Positions 29,955 through 41,689 of a DNA stretch of 64,000 nucleotides are shown here, piece by piece. The notes under the pieces were generated by a model, which did no database searches, was not told the origin of the DNA, and saw only the letters and a list, made by a program, of their open reading frames with translations. The stretch is taken from positions 160,001 through 224,000 of the forward strand of contig CAVVMW010000006.1 of assembly GCA_963749495.1 (NCBI GenBank). The letters run 5' to 3'. Each line of letters starts with the position of its first letter. Within the stretch, counting starts at the first letter, position 1. The translations under genes were made by a program, and so were the position numbers. The stretch comes from an uncultured bacterium. GTDB lineage: Bacteria > Verrucomicrobiota > Verrucomicrobiia > Limisphaerales > UBA8199.

Positions 29955-30108
29955 GAGGGAAGCCCACCCCCCTTCCCCCCTCCCATGCGCTCGGCGCGCA
30001 TGGGAGGGGGTGATCCATTTTTGCCACGTACCCAGGGCGGCGGCCCGTCCCGCTCCGAGCGGGACGGGCCTTGCCCTGGGCTATTATCTACTGCCCCTCC
30101 GGGGCAGA
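29955..30108. repeat. Degenerate nested-palindrome element, family L
   Basis: CCCCCTCCCATGCGC / GCGCATGGGAGGGGG; GGCCCGTCCCGCTC / GAGCGGGACGGGCC; CCCTGGGCTATT..GCCCCTCCGGGGC. Confidence 0.7.
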
Positions 30109-30199
30109 AGAGTGCCGCGCTCCGCGCGGGCAAAGGAATTCGGGGGCGGTGTCGGCATGCGCCTGCCCCATGCTCCCGCCCCTGCCTTCTTAATTTCCT

Positions 30200-31648
30200 A
30201 TGAATGACCCTTCCTTCAACCCGGGTCCCGCTCCCACCACCCCGGCCCATTACCACACCGGCGGGCAAGGCCAGGGGAGCGTCCTCTACATGACGCTGCT
30301 GAGCTTGGTGGCAGCGCTGGGCGGGCTGCTCTTTGGGTACGACACGGCGGTGATTTCCGGGGCCATCGAGTTGATGAGGGCGCATTTCGATTTGGACGCG
30401 GTCCAGAAAGGATGGGCGACCGCCTGCACATTGCTGGGATGCGCGCTGGGGGCCGCGTTGGCCGGGTTCCTGAGCGACCGCTGGGGGCGCAGGAACATGC
30501 TGATCCTCTCCGGGGTGTTGTTCCTGGGCTCGGCCCTCGGCACGGCCTTGCCCGGGAGCCTGACGGGATTCGTCGTCTTCCGCGTCCTGTGCGGCCTGGG
30601 GATCGGCGCCGCCTCGATGACCAGTCCGATGTACATCGCGGAGATCAGCCCGGCCCGGATTCGGGGGCGGATGGTGTCGGTCAACCAGTTCGCCATTGTG
30701 TCGGGGATGCTGCTGGTCTATTTCGTCAATTGCTACATTGGGCAGCAGGGGGACGCGGCGTGGAGAGAGGCCAGCGCCTGGCGCTGGATGTTCGGCTCGG
30801 AAGCGGTCCCGGCGGTCTTGTTGCTGGCCCTGTTGTTCTTCGTGCCCGAGACGCCGCGGTTTCTGGTGGCCAAGGGCCGCGTGCAGGAAGCGCGGCGCAT
30901 CCTGGATCGGGTCAATGGGCCGACTGCCGCAGGGCAAGCCCTGCGCGAGATCACCGAGGCGATCGCCCACGAAAGCGGCGCCTTCCGGGAGCTGTTCAAG
31001 CCGGGGCTGCGTGTGGCGCTTGCCATTGGCATCGCGCTGGCCGTCTTGCAGCAGATCACCGGCATCAACGTCTTTCTCTACTACGCGCCGACCATCTTCG
31101 AAAAGCTGGGCGCCGGCGCCAATGCCGCCCTGTGGCAGACCGTGGTGGTGGGCGCGGTGAACCTGCTCTTCACCGTGGTGGCCATCTGGACGGTCGATCG
31201 GTTGGGGCGCAAGCCGCTGATGATCCTCGGCTCGCTCGGCATGGGGGTTTCGCTGGTGGCCATTGGGCTGGCGGCCTGTTTCCAGAAGACCCAGTTGTGG
31301 GTGCTCGCCTTCATTTTGGGCTACATTGCAAGTTTCGCCCTGGCGGTCGGACCGGTGACCTGGGTCATCCTCTCGGAGATGTTCCCCACCCGGATTCGCG
31401 GCCGGAGCATGGCCGTGGCGACCGTCCTGTTGTGGCTGGCGAATTTTGTCGTGTCGCAGACTTTTCCGATGATGGACGACAGCCAGTGGTTGGTAGAGCG
31501 GTTTCATCATGGCTTTCCTTTCTTCCTCTACGCTGGATTTTGCGTGGTGACCATTTTGGTGGTGTGGCGTTTTGTGCCCGAGACCAAGGGCCAATCGCTC
31601 GAGGCGATCGAGAAGCATTGGGTTGGGCAGGGCGAGGAAATAACTTGA
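30200..31648 (+). CDS. Sugar porter family MFS transporter (XylE-like)
   Basis: LGGLLFGYDTAVISG, DRWGRR, PETPRF, QQITGIN and PETKG. Confidence 0.95.
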   Translation: MNDPSFNPGPAPTTPAHYHTGGQGQGSVLYMTLLSLVAALGGLLFGYDTAVISGAIELMRAHFDLDAVQKGWATACTLLGCALGAALAGFLSDRWGRRNMLILSGVLFLGSALGTALPGSLTGFVVFRVLCGLGIGAASMTSPMYIAEISPARIRGRMVSVNQFAIVSGMLLVYFVNCYIGQQGDAAWREASAWRWMFGSEAVPAVLLLALLFFVPETPRFLVAKGRVQEARRILDRVNGPTAAGQALREITEAIAHESGAFRELFKPGLRVALAIGIALAVLQQITGINVFLYYAPTIFEKLGAGANAALWQTVVVGAVNLLFTVVAIWTVDRLGRKPLMILGSLGMGVSLVAIGLAACFQKTQLWVLAFILGYIASFALAVGPVTWVILSEMFPTRIRGRSMAVATVLLWLANFVVSQTFPMMDDSQWLVERFHHGFPFFLYAGFCVVTILVVWRFVPETKGQSLEAIEKHWVGQGEEIT

Positions 31649-32157
31649 GCAACGGCATTTGCCTCACCTGCGGTCTGTGCTGCAACGGGGTGATCTTCGC
31701 CGATGTGAAGCTGCGCCCGGGGGAGGCGGCGCGGCTCAAGGCGGGCGGCCTGGCATCATCTGCGCCAGTGCCAACGGAGCGGGGCGGGCCCTGCAAGCTG
31801 GCCCAGCCGTGCGCCGCTTTGGAGGGCTGCCGTTGCCGGGCCTATGCGCAGCGCCCGCGCCACTGCCGGGAATTCGAGTGCCTCCTGCTCAAGAACGTCC
31901 AGGCGGGCCGCCTCGACACAGCGGCAGCCCTGCGCGTGGTCCGCGCCGCGCTCCAGCGCGCCGAAAAGGTCCGTGCCCTGCTGCGCGCCCTGGGCGACAC
32001 CGAGGAACAGACGGCGCTCTCGATCCGGTTCCGCCGCATGACCGGGCGCCTGAAACAACTGAGCCTCGAAGACCACACGGCGGACCTCTACGGCCAACTG
32101 ACCCTGGCCGTCCACGACCTGAATCTCCTGGTGCGGGAGGCCTTCTACCCAGGATAG
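31645..32157 (+). CDS. YkgJ-family cysteine-cluster (CxxCxxCC) protein
   Basis: CLTCGLCC..PCAALEGCRCRAYAQRPRHCREFEC. TTG start overlaps the MFS stop. Confidence 0.85.
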   Translation: MSNGICLTCGLCCNGVIFADVKLRPGEAARLKAGGLASSAPVPTERGGPCKLAQPCAALEGCRCRAYAQRPRHCREFECLLLKNVQAGRLDTAAALRVVRAALQRAEKVRALLRALGDTEEQTALSIRFRRMTGRLKQLSLEDHTADLYGQLTLAVHDLNLLVREAFYPG

Positions 32158-32178
32158 CGGACTTTGGGGTTTTGGTGT

Positions 32179-32278
32179 CTTTGTCGCAGCCTTTGTCGCA
32201 ACCTTTGTCGAGTCGTCGGAATGGCCTGGTTTCGACAAAGGGTTCGACAAAGGCTGCGACAAAGGTTCCGACAAAGGT
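32179..32278. repeat. Family B core without TIRs
   Basis: 3x CTTTGTCG followed by 4x CGACAAAGG at 12-bp period. Confidence 0.85.
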
Positions 32279-32581
32279 CGTGAAAGTCAAAGGCCGGCGC
32301 AGAAGTCCAAGGCGTGGCTGGGCGTCTGGTCGGGGCTGGTTGGTGAGGGATGCCCGTTTGGATGGAGGTCGCCGGACGCCCAGCACAATCCTTTTCGCAG
32401 AAGCGGGGCAGGGGAGCAAGGCGGCAGTACCCAGGAAATTCCCAGGGGGCGCAAATCAGCCCCCGCCGATGGCGCCGCGTCAGGCCGCCTCTTCGTTTCC
32501 TTCGTTTCCTTCTGTTCTGTTTCCGTGGGCCGCCGCTATTTCCCTTTACCTGGTGCCGATTCAATGGCAAAAGGGCGGCTC

Positions 32582-35164
32582 ATGCGAATGTCTCACTGGC
32601 TCGTGCTGGCGGCCACGCTGCTCGCCGCGCCCGGTTGCGCCCCTGTCAAGGACCGCGTCTGGGCCTCCCCGGCGGCGCCGACCTGGCCCGGCAAGCAGCC
32701 GGACGGCTCGGTGCTGTTGCCCAACCAGTGGTCGCTCCGGCCGGCGGCAGGCAGGTGGAGTTGGCTGACTTCCCCATCAACATCGCCGTACACCCGGGCG
32801 GTCAATACGCGGCGGTGCTGCACAGCGGCTACAGCGCCCACCAGGTCGTGGTGGTGGACGTGGCGTCGGCCAAGGTGGTGTCCCGCACCCCGCTACACGA
32901 GGCCTTTTACGGCTTGGAGTTTTCCAAGGACGGTCACCGGCTCTATTGCAGCGGGGCCGGGGACGAGGTCATCCATGGCTACGATTTCCAGGATGGCGCG
33001 TTGCGCAACGAGGCGCCGATTGGGCTGCGCGACGCCCAGCAGCGCGGGGTGCCCGCTGGGCTGGCGATTGACAGCGCAGGCCGGACGCTCTTCGTGGCGA
33101 ACGTCTGGGGGCATTGTGTGAGCCGGGTCGAGATGGGGCCGCAGCCGGTGGTGACTGACATCCTGCTGGGGACGAACGTTCCGGGTGCCTGGGGGGCCCA
33201 GGCCGTGCCGTCACCCGATTTCGACACGGCCGCCGCAACCAAACGGGCCGAGGCCGCGCTCTACCAGGCCGATGCGAAGGATTCACATCCTTATGCCTGC
33301 CGGCTGGACGAGAAGCGCGGCTTGCTTTACGTGAGCCTGTGGGCGCAGGCGGCCGTGGCGGTGATCAATGTGAAGTCGCAACGGGTGACGGCCCGCTGGC
33401 TTACGCAGGAGCATCCGTGCGAGATGGCACTGGACCGCTCAGGCAGGCGGCTGTTCGTGGCCAACTCCAGCCGGAACACGGTAACCGTCTTCGATACGGC
33501 AACGGGCAAGGCCCTGGAGACGATTTGGGCTGCCCTCTATCCCCAGGCGCCGCCCGGCTCCACGCCCAACAGCCTGGCGCTGGCGCCGGACCAGAAGATG
33601 TTGTTCGTGGCAAACGCCGACAACAACGCCGTGGCGGTCTTCGACATCAGCACACCTGGCAAGAGCCGCTCGCTCGGGTTCATCCCCGTGGGCTGGTATC
33701 CGACCTCGGTGCGGGTGACTCCGGACGGCAAGCATCTGCTTGTGGCGAGCGGCAAGGGTTTGGAATCCAAGGCCAACCCCCTCGGTCCGCAGCCGGCGCC
33801 CCGCGCCTCGAACGCGCAGTACCATCGGGCGGCTCTTCAACGGCGCCCTGGGGATCATCAACCTGCCCGCCCGCAACCAGTTGGAACGGGAACTGGCCGC
33901 CTGGACCGCCCAGGCCCGCGCCTGCAGCCCGCTCAGGCCCGATGCCTCCGTGTCCGGGCCGCCCCGCCGCCCCGGCAATCCCATCCCCCTCCGGCCCGGC
34001 CAGTCCAGCCCCATCAAATACTGCCTCTACATCATCAAGGAGAACCGCACCTACGACCAGGTCCTGGGCAACCTGCCCCAAGGCAACGGCAACCCCAACC
34101 TCTGCCTCTTCCCCGAGCGGGTCACGCCCAACCTCCACCAACTGGCCAAACAATTCGTCTTGCTGGACAATTTCTATGTCAACAGCGAGGTCAGCGCCGA
34201 CGGGCACGAATGGAGCATGGGGGCGTATGCAACGGATTTCGTCCAGAGGATGTGGCGGCTCAGTTACGGGCACGACCAATCGGGCAAATATCCTTACCCG
34301 TCGGAGGGCAACTTCCCCGTGGCCTGCCCGGCGGGCGGCTACCTGTGGGACCGGGCACGGGCGGCGGGTGTCAGCTACCGGAGCTACGGCGAATTCATCC
34401 AGAATGGCCGCACTCCCGACCAGCCCGGCACCACCCGCATCCCCGCCCTTCGCGGCCACTTCGACCCTTATTACCGGGGTTTCGACCTGGACTATCCGGA
34501 CGTGAAACGCACGGCCCGATTCATCACCGAGTTGAATGGCTTCCAGGCCCAGGGCGACATGCCGCGCCTGCTCATCCTCCGGCTGCCCAACGACCATACC
34601 CACGGCACCACCCGGGGCAAACTCACCCCCACCGCCCTGGCGGCCGATAACGACCTGGCCCTGGGCCAACTCGTCCAGGCCGTGAGCCACTCGAAATTCT
34701 GGCCCCAAACCGCCCTGTTTGTCGTCGAGGACGATGCCCAGAACGGACCCGACCACGTGGACGCGCATCGCACCACGGCCTATGTCATCAGCCCATACAC
34801 TCGGCGCGGGGCGGTCGATTCGACCCTCTACTCGACCACCAGCATGCTCCGGACCATCGAGCTGATCCTCGGTCTGCAGCCGATGTCGCAGTTCGATGCC
34901 GCCGCCACCCCGATGTTCAATTGCTTCCAGGACAGGCCCGACCTGAGCGCCTTCCAAGCACTCCCCGCCAATGTCGATCTCCAGGAGCGCAACCAGCCCA
35001 TCGCCTGGGGGGCAGACCTCCCGATGAATTTCGCCCGCGAGGATGCCGCCGACAACTTCCTCCTCAACGAGGTGGTCTGGCGCTCCGTGCGCGGCCCGCA
35101 CAGCCCCATGCCCGCCCCCGTCCGCGCCGGCTTTGTCTTCCCCCACCCGAGGGAAGAAGACTAA
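32582..35164 (+). CDS. Bifunctional YncE beta-propeller / alkaline-phosphatase-family phosphoesterase; frameshifts near 32746 and 33822
   Basis: Signal peptide, LLPNQWSLRP, propeller blades (GSTPNSLAL, GFIPVGWYP), IIKENRTYDQVLG, SADGHEW and EDDAQNGPDHVDAHR, spread over three frames. Confidence 0.85.
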
Positions 35165-35243
35165 CCCAGTTCGAATCATACCGCGCCGGGGTCCGCTTGT
35201 CACGCATGCTGCACACCCAAGTCCTCGCTTGACCCGTTTTTTA

Positions 35244-35349
35244 GGAACCGCGGAACACACGGAACACACGGAAAGGGGGCCTTTTTTTCTGTGTATTCCG
35301 TGTGTTCCGTGGTTCTCTTTGCTTTCGGGATTGGCACGGAAGCTGAGGA
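35244..35349. repeat. Repeat family J (9-bp GGAACACAC units, mirrored)
   Basis: The right ~80 bp recur almost identically at 41952-42031. Confidence 0.85.
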
Positions 35350-35756
35350 TGCCGCGGAAAAGGAGTCACCCATAGTTTGGTTCGTTATTGTTCATTCGTT
35401 TTCACCGGCTCAGAAGCCGTTCTCCTGACCGCGTACTCTGCGGCGCAGGTATGAACCCGCTACACTGCTACAAGGCCCATGGAACCGGGGGATTCTTGAG
35501 GTCGAACCCGCTACACGACCCGCAACAACGCGCTACAGTGCCGGTAAAATCGGGGGATTTTTGCCGGCGCGATCTTTGTTTGACACGGCGGAAGTCGATC
35601 CCACTTCGGTAAAATCGAGGTCCGCATAGCGGACGAGCTGGGCTGGCGGTGCGTGAAGGACGTCATGAAAGCTTAGGCAACCGGTCCGAGCAGGAATACT
35701 GAATACTGTGTGAGTTTTCCGGCCAGGTGCGCCGGCCATCGGGGCGGGGGGGTGTC

Positions 35757-35955
35757 AGACAGAATTCTTCTGGGATCTCCAGACGGCACCTCGCAGAGCT
35801 GATCTGGGGCTTCCATCCTTCGTTTCCTTCGTTTCCTTCTGTTCCTTTCCTGCATCCCGCCGGCTGAGCACAGGAACGGAACAGAACGAAACGAAGCCAA
35901 CAAAGAGGCGTCCTGATGCGGCGGGATTGATCCGGTCCGTGCCAGTTCGTATTTG
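35757..35955. repeat. Family E, inverted copy
   Basis: Reverse complement of 10919-11118. Confidence 0.85.
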
Positions 35956-36206
35956 GGCAGATGATCAGGAGGATCTTGGGGTGTGGGGCTCAGCCGCCGC
36001 TACGCGACGCAGGCCCTACCCTGGCGACTCGGAGGAGGCGGCCAGGAGGTGGAGGGGCCGGCAGGCGATCAAGGCGCCACAGCCATTTGCGGGCAGGAAC
36101 TTTCCAGAAGAGCCCCTTTTTCGATACAAGAGTTGCCAATACTAAGTTCCGACCCCTTGTCCTTGTCGCGGGGGCTGAGATGAACGGGTGAACGTTCGGA
36201 CGTTGC

Positions 36207-37413
36207 TTGGACCACCAGCGGCGGCTAGACTCCGCCGCATTGATCGAACAAAGCGCTCAACCAAAGCGGTGGCTTAAGGTCCTGGGCCTCAGCGCCGCGC
36301 TCGTGGCGGCGGTATGCTTGCTGCGGCTGACGGTCTTTCGTCCCGTGGCGATTCCGGTGACGGTCCATCTGGTGGAGGTCGGACGCGTCGAGCACACGGT
36401 GGTTAACTCGAGGGCCGGGACCGTCCAGTCCCGCCGGCGCGCGGGGATCGAGCCCGGGCCTGGCCGGGTTGGTGAGCGAGAAGGCGGTCGAGAAAGGCTC
36501 GCAGGTGAAGCGAGGAGACGTCTTGCTGCGGCTGGATGACAGCGAACACAAGGCGCAGGTGCAACTGTCGCTGCGCTCGCTGGAAGCGGCCAAGGCGGTG
36601 GCGGAGCAGGCGCGGCTGGACGCGGAATTGGCGCAGCAGGAATGGAAGCGGACGCAGATCCTGGCCCGGGACGATGTGGTCTCGGCCACCGCCCAGGATC
36701 AGGACCGGAATCGAACGTTGGGCGCCGCGGCGGCCGCCCTGGCGGCGCAGGCGCGCATCGGCGAGGCGGAGGCCTCCCTCGACCTGGCGCGGGCCACGCT
36801 GGCCAAGACGGTGATGACCGCCCCCTTTGATGGCGTGGTGCTGGACATCACCGCCGAAGTGGGTGAATGGATTAGCCCTTCGCCGCCCGGAGTGTTCATT
36901 CCGCCGGTCGTGGATTTGATCGATGCGCGGGCCCTGTATGTGAGCGCCCCGATTGACGAGGCCGACGTGGCCCGGATCGCCGTGGGGTTGCCGGTCCGGA
37001 TGACTTTGGATGCCTTCCGCGGACAGTCATTCGCCGGCACGGTGACGTACGTTTCATCATTTGTGGAAACGCGCCAGGAGCAGAACCGGACCCTCCGGGT
37101 GGAGGCGGATTTCAAGGACTCGACCCTGCCACCCAACCTGTTGCCCGGACTCTCCGCGGACGTCGAGGTGCTCCTGGAGGCGCACGAGCAAGTGCTGCGC
37201 ATCCCGACATATGCCTTGCTCGAGGGCAACCGGGTCCTGGTGGTGGAGGGTGGCCTGTTGGCCGAGAAAAAGGTGGCCACCGGTTTGCACAACTGGAATT
37301 TCACCGAGATCACCTCCGGGCTGACCGCGGGAGAAAAGGTCGTCGTGTCGCTCGATCGGCCGGAGGTGAAGGCCGGCGCCCGGGCCGTCATCGCTGCGGA
37401 GGTGGCAAAGTGA
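36207..37413 (+). CDS. Efflux periplasmic adaptor (MacA-like); frameshift near 36450
   Basis: TM anchor, lipoyl halves (GSQVKRGDVLLRLD, TAPFDGVV), coiled coil, IDEADVARI and PGLSADV. Confidence 0.8.
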
Positions 37414-38135
37414 TTGAGCTAGCCGGGATTCATCGCACCTACGTCGTGGGCGGAAGCCCGGTTTACGCGCTCACGGAAGTCAACCTCCGGATCGAGCGGG
37501 GCGAGTATGTCTCGGTCATGGGCCCGTCCGGCTCTGGCAAATCGACCCTCCTGCACCTGCTGGGGTGCCTGGATCGGCCGACCGCGGGCTCCTACAGGTT
37601 CGCGGGCCAGGAGACGGCGCGGTTGACGGAGTTGGAGTTGTCCCGCCTGCGCCGTCACCAGATCGGGTTTGTCTTTCAGTTTTTCCATCTGGTGCCGCGG
37701 CTGACGGCGGCGGGAAACGTGGAACTGCCGATGGTGTTCGCCGGGATTCTGCCCGAGGAGCGGCGGCGGCGGGTCCAAAACGCGCTCGCGGGAGTGGGCT
37801 TGACCGCGCGGGCCAAGCACCGCCCCGACCAGCTCTCGGGCGGGGAGCAGCAGCGCGTGGCGATCGCGCGCGCGGTGGTGATGAGTCCCGGGCTGCTGCT
37901 CGCCGACGAACCCACCGGCAATCTCGACAGCGCCTCGGGACGGGAAATCGTCCAGCTCATCGAGGAGATGAACCGGCAAGGCCTGACGCTCATCGTGGTG
38001 ACGCATGATCCGCGGATTGGGGAACGGGCACGGCGCCGAATCCATTTGGCCGATGGCGAAGTCGTTTCGGATGAGCGGACGGAGGGCGCCGCCGTCCCGG
38101 CCGGGGCGGAGGCAGGCTCGCGGCAGGCCCTATGA
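37410..38135 (+). CDS. ABC ATP-binding protein (MacB/LolD type)
   Basis: GPSGSGKST, LSGGEQQRVAIARA and LADEPTGNLD. Confidence 0.95.
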   Translation: MIELAGIHRTYVVGGSPVYALTEVNLRIERGEYVSVMGPSGSGKSTLLHLLGCLDRPTAGSYRFAGQETARLTELELSRLRRHQIGFVFQFFHLVPRLTAAGNVELPMVFAGILPEERRRRVQNALAGVGLTARAKHRPDQLSGGEQQRVAIARAVVMSPGLLLADEPTGNLDSASGREIVQLIEEMNRQGLTLIVVTHDPRIGERARRRIHLADGEVVSDERTEGAAVPAGAEAGSRQAL

Positions 38136-39337
38136 GGTTCCTCGATCTCTTGCGGTTTGCCAGCGGCGGTTTGCGTGGTCATCGCCTGCGGACCTCGCTC
38201 TCGCTGCTGGGCGTGGCGATTGGGGTCGCTTCGGTGGTGCTGTTGACGAGCTTGGGCGAAGGGGCCCGCCTCTACGTGATCGGGGAGTTTGCTTCGCTGG
38301 GCGCGAACCTGCTCATCTTCATTCCGGGCAAGACAGAGACCAAAGGCCTGGCGCCGCTGGTCAGCACCGCCCCCCATGACCTGACGATGCAGGACGCGGC
38401 CGCGCTGCTCCAGCGCGTGCCGACAATCCGGCGGGTGGCGCCGCTGGCCGTCGGGACGGCTACCCTCCTGGCGGGGGAACGCAGCCGGGAGGCCGCGGTG
38501 ATCGGCGCCACGCACGACATCCTCGAGATTCGGCACCTCAAGATGGCCGGCGGGCGGTTTCTGCCCCCGGACCTGCCCGAGGCCGCGCTCTGTGTCATCG
38601 GCGCGAAGCTCCAGCGGGAGCTGTTTCCCGATCAAAATCCGCTCGGCCAGTGGGTGCGGATCGGGGAATGGCGGTTTCGCATCATCGGCGTGACCGCCCC
38701 GCGGGGCACCTCGCTGGGGATGGATATGGATGACGTCGTCGAGATTCCAGTGCAAACCGCGCTGCGCTTGTTCAACCGGAGCGGCCTGTATCGGATTTTG
38801 GCGGAGGTGGGCTCTCATTATGAGATTCCCAAGGCGGAGCGGGCGGCGTTGGCGGTGCTGCGCGACCGCCATGCGGGGCAGGAAGACGTGACCGTCTTGA
38901 CGGAAGATGCGGTGCTCAGCACGTTCAATCAAATCCTGCGCGCGCTGACGGCGGCGCTGGCGGGCATCGCGGCCATTTCGCTGGCGGTGGCCGGCCTGGG
39001 CATCATGAACGTGATGCTGGTTTCGGTCTCCGAACGGACGCGCGAGGTCGGTCTGCTCAAAGCGGTCGGGGCGACCCAGGCGCAGGTGGTGGCGGTCTTC
39101 CTGGTGGAGGCCGCCGTCCTTTCGACCGTCGGCGGGAGCCTCGGACTGGTGATGGGCCTGGCGGCGGGAGGCGGCTTGCAGCGGCTCTATCCGGATTTCC
39201 CCATCCACCCGCCGGGTTGGGCGATCGGGGCGGCCCTGGTCGTGTCTTGCGCCGTGGGACTGCTCTTCGGCATTCTGCCGGCCCGTAACGCGGCGCGCCT
39301 GAATCCGGTTGAGGCCTTGATGAGGCGCAAGGCATGA
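38132..39337 (+). CDS. ABC permease (MacB/FtsX family)
   Basis: LRTSLSLLGVAIG and GIMNVMLVSVSERTREVGLLKAVGA. Confidence 0.92.
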   Translation: MRFLDLLRFASGGLRGHRLRTSLSLLGVAIGVASVVLLTSLGEGARLYVIGEFASLGANLLIFIPGKTETKGLAPLVSTAPHDLTMQDAAALLQRVPTIRRVAPLAVGTATLLAGERSREAAVIGATHDILEIRHLKMAGGRFLPPDLPEAALCVIGAKLQRELFPDQNPLGQWVRIGEWRFRIIGVTAPRGTSLGMDMDDVVEIPVQTALRLFNRSGLYRILAEVGSHYEIPKAERAALAVLRDRHAGQEDVTVLTEDAVLSTFNQILRALTAALAGIAAISLAVAGLGIMNVMLVSVSERTREVGLLKAVGATQAQVVAVFLVEAAVLSTVGGSLGLVMGLAAGGGLQRLYPDFPIHPPGWAIGAALVVSCAVGLLFGILPARNAARLNPVEALMRRKA

Positions 39338-40536
39338 GCTTCAAGGATCTGCTGCGCCTGGCTTGGCAGTCCCTCTGGTTTCACCGCCAGCGGTCCCTCC
39401 TGACCATGCTGGGAATCGTGATCGGGATCGCGTCCGTGATTCTCTTGACCTCGATTGGCGAGGGGACACGCGCTTATGTGATGTCCGAGTTCACCCAGTT
39501 CGGCACGACGGTCGCGAAGGTGGCCCCCGGGAGGGTCCAAACCACGGGCGCCCCCGGCGCGTTGGGGATCACCGTGCATCCTTTGACGCTGGAGGACGCC
39601 GCGGCGCTCGAGCGGGTCCCCGGAGCGGAACGCGTGGTGCCGGTGGTGTATGGGGCGGCGCCGGTGGAGCGGGCCGGCAAGACCCGCAATGTGCTTGTTT
39701 ATGGCGTCACGTCGGCGGCCCCCTCCCTATGGCGCTGGCGCGTCCGGGCCGGCCGGTTTCTGCCCGAGATGGAATGGCGGCGCGGCGCGCCCTTGGCCGT
39801 TTTGGGCCCCAGACTAAAGCGCGAACTCTTCGGGGACGAGACTTCGCTCGGCCAGCACGTGCGCATCTCCGGCGAGCGCTTCCTAGTGCTCGGGGTGATG
39901 GAATCCAAGGGCCAATTCCTCGGGTTCGATTTTGACGACACCGCCTTCATCCCGGTGGGGGAGGCCCGGCGGCTGTTCAATCACCTCGGCCTGAACGAGA
40001 TCGATTTCTCGATGCCCAACGCCTCGCTGATCGACCCTGTGGTGGGACGTGTCCGGAGCCTGCTCATCGCGCGGCACAATAAGGAGCAGGATTTTACTAT
40101 CATCACCCAAACCGGCATGTTGGAAAGTCTGGGGCGCATCATCCGGATCGTGAGCCTGGCGGTGGGCGGGATCGGGGCCATCTCGCTGCTCGTGGGTTCG
40201 ATTGGCATCCTGACCATGATGTGGATTTCGGTCAACGAGCGCACGTCGGAGATCGGGCTGGCCCGGGCCATCGGCGCCACCCCCACGCAAATCCTGCTCC
40301 TCTTTCTGAGCGAGGCCGCGCTGCTGTCCACCCTGGGCGGCGTGCTCGGTCTGGGTCTGGGCATCGGGCTGGCCCACCTGCTGCATTTCTACGTCCCGGC
40401 ACTCCCGGTGAAGACGCCGCTGGAATTTGTGTTTTTGGCCCTGGCGGTCAGTCTGGTGGTGGGACTCGTCAGCGGCTTGCTGCCCGCGCGGCGCGCGGCC
40501 TCGCTGGACCCACTCGTCGCGCTAACGGCGGAATAA
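39334..40536 (+). CDS. ABC permease (MacB/FtsX family), second subunit
   Basis: RSLLTMLGIVIG, ERTSEIGLARAIGA and PARRAASLDP. Confidence 0.92.
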   Translation: MSFKDLLRLAWQSLWFHRQRSLLTMLGIVIGIASVILLTSIGEGTRAYVMSEFTQFGTTVAKVAPGRVQTTGAPGALGITVHPLTLEDAAALERVPGAERVVPVVYGAAPVERAGKTRNVLVYGVTSAAPSLWRWRVRAGRFLPEMEWRRGAPLAVLGPRLKRELFGDETSLGQHVRISGERFLVLGVMESKGQFLGFDFDDTAFIPVGEARRLFNHLGLNEIDFSMPNASLIDPVVGRVRSLLIARHNKEQDFTIITQTGMLESLGRIIRIVSLAVGGIGAISLLVGSIGILTMMWISVNERTSEIGLARAIGATPTQILLLFLSEAALLSTLGGVLGLGLGIGLAHLLHFYVPALPVKTPLEFVFLALAVSLVVGLVSGLLPARRAASLDPLVALTAE

Positions 40537-40643
40537 GAACTGCGGATTTGTTGTCGCCCGATATGGCGGGGTAATTCGAAAAGAAAGAAAAGGGGTCAGC
40601 CAAAACTATTGACACAACGGCGGGTTTGGGGCAGCCTTTCGGG

Positions 40644-41142
40644 ATGCCGCGCAAGCTGCGAGTCCAGTATCCGGGCGCCATCTATCACGTCATGAATCGG
40701 GGCGACCGCCGCGAAGACATCTTCGAGGACGATAAAGACCGTCACCGCTTTCTTGAGACCCTGGGCCAAACTTGCGACAAGACGGGCTGGCAGGTCCACG
40801 CCTATTGCTTGATGTCCAACCACGTTCATCTGGTGGTCGAGACGCCTCAGCCCAACTTGGTCGCCGGCATGAAGTGGTTGCTGGGCACTGGGGGACAAAG
40901 AGTTCAAAGGGGAGTTGTTGGCGCAGGTGCACGAGCGGCGCGGCGACCATTATGGAGCTGAACTGCGCGAGGCCGACGTCGCGCATGCGGAGCATGTCGT
41001 GGTGGAGGAGCTGCGTCGGCGAGGCTGGAGGGAGGCTGAACTGACGCCCCGGCGCAAGGGAGACCCCGAGAAGGTGGAGATGCCCTGGCGCTTGCGCCGC
41101 GAAACTACCATGACAAAAAGGGGTCAAAAAGGGGTCAGTTAA
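40644..41142 (+). pseudogene. REP-associated tyrosine (Y1/HUH) transposase, internally deleted
   Basis: MPRKLR..GAIYHVMNRGDRREDIF..AYCLMSNHVHLVV..GMKWLLGT, then an out-of-frame jump near 40890 into GDKEFK..RRETTMT. The segment carrying the catalytic Tyr is absent. Confidence 0.8.
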
Positions 41143-41341
41143 TGAGATTGATTCCGCAGAAAAACCCCCTGTTTTTGGAGATAAGCGGAGGTGCATGAAA
41201 AGTGTCGGGAATTCTTACGCGCTAATTTGGTCTGTACGCGATTTGAATGACCGAGGGATACATCAGACATGGTCTTTTTCACTGTCTCTTTTTGATCAGA
41301 GGGGTTTTTCAGCAGAATCAATGTAAGGGCATGACCCCTTT
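41128..41341. repeat. MITE-like element with nested inverted repeats
   Basis: AAAGGGGTCA / TGACCCCTTT encloses a 22-bp IR ATTGATTCCGCAGAAAAACCCC / GGGGTTTTTCAGCAGAATCAAT (20 of 22 match). Confidence 0.7.
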
Positions 41342-41392
41342 CCCCTTAGGCGCCAAAGGCGCCCTTGATACCAGCCGGCGGCAACGCCCGGC

Positions 41393-41613
41393 CAACCCGG
41401 AGGGTTGGCAGAAGGTAGCCGGGGGTCGCCGTCCAGCGGCAACCCCCGGTTGAGGGCGTCGGTGGCCCTGCACCCCGGCGGGGTGCCAGAAGAGCACACG
41501 TTGGCGGCGGGCGCCTTCTGGCATCCCTCTGGGATGCAATCCCTTGCCGTCGCGGCACCGGGGGTCTCGCTACGCTTCGACCCCCGGCTACCTTCTGGCA
41601 TCCCTCCGGGATG
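41393..41613. repeat. Nested-palindrome repeat, family K
   Basis: CAACCCGGAGGGTTG-CAGAAGGTAGCCGGGGGTCG ... CGACCCCCGGCTACCTTCTG-CATCCCTCCGGGATG. Degenerate remnant near 4423-4460. Confidence 0.85.
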
Positions 41614-41689
41614 AGAAATGTCCTTCGGAAATCCGTGACGCCCATCAGATCCGCTTCATGAGGGCACCCGAGGATGTGGGTAACGACAA

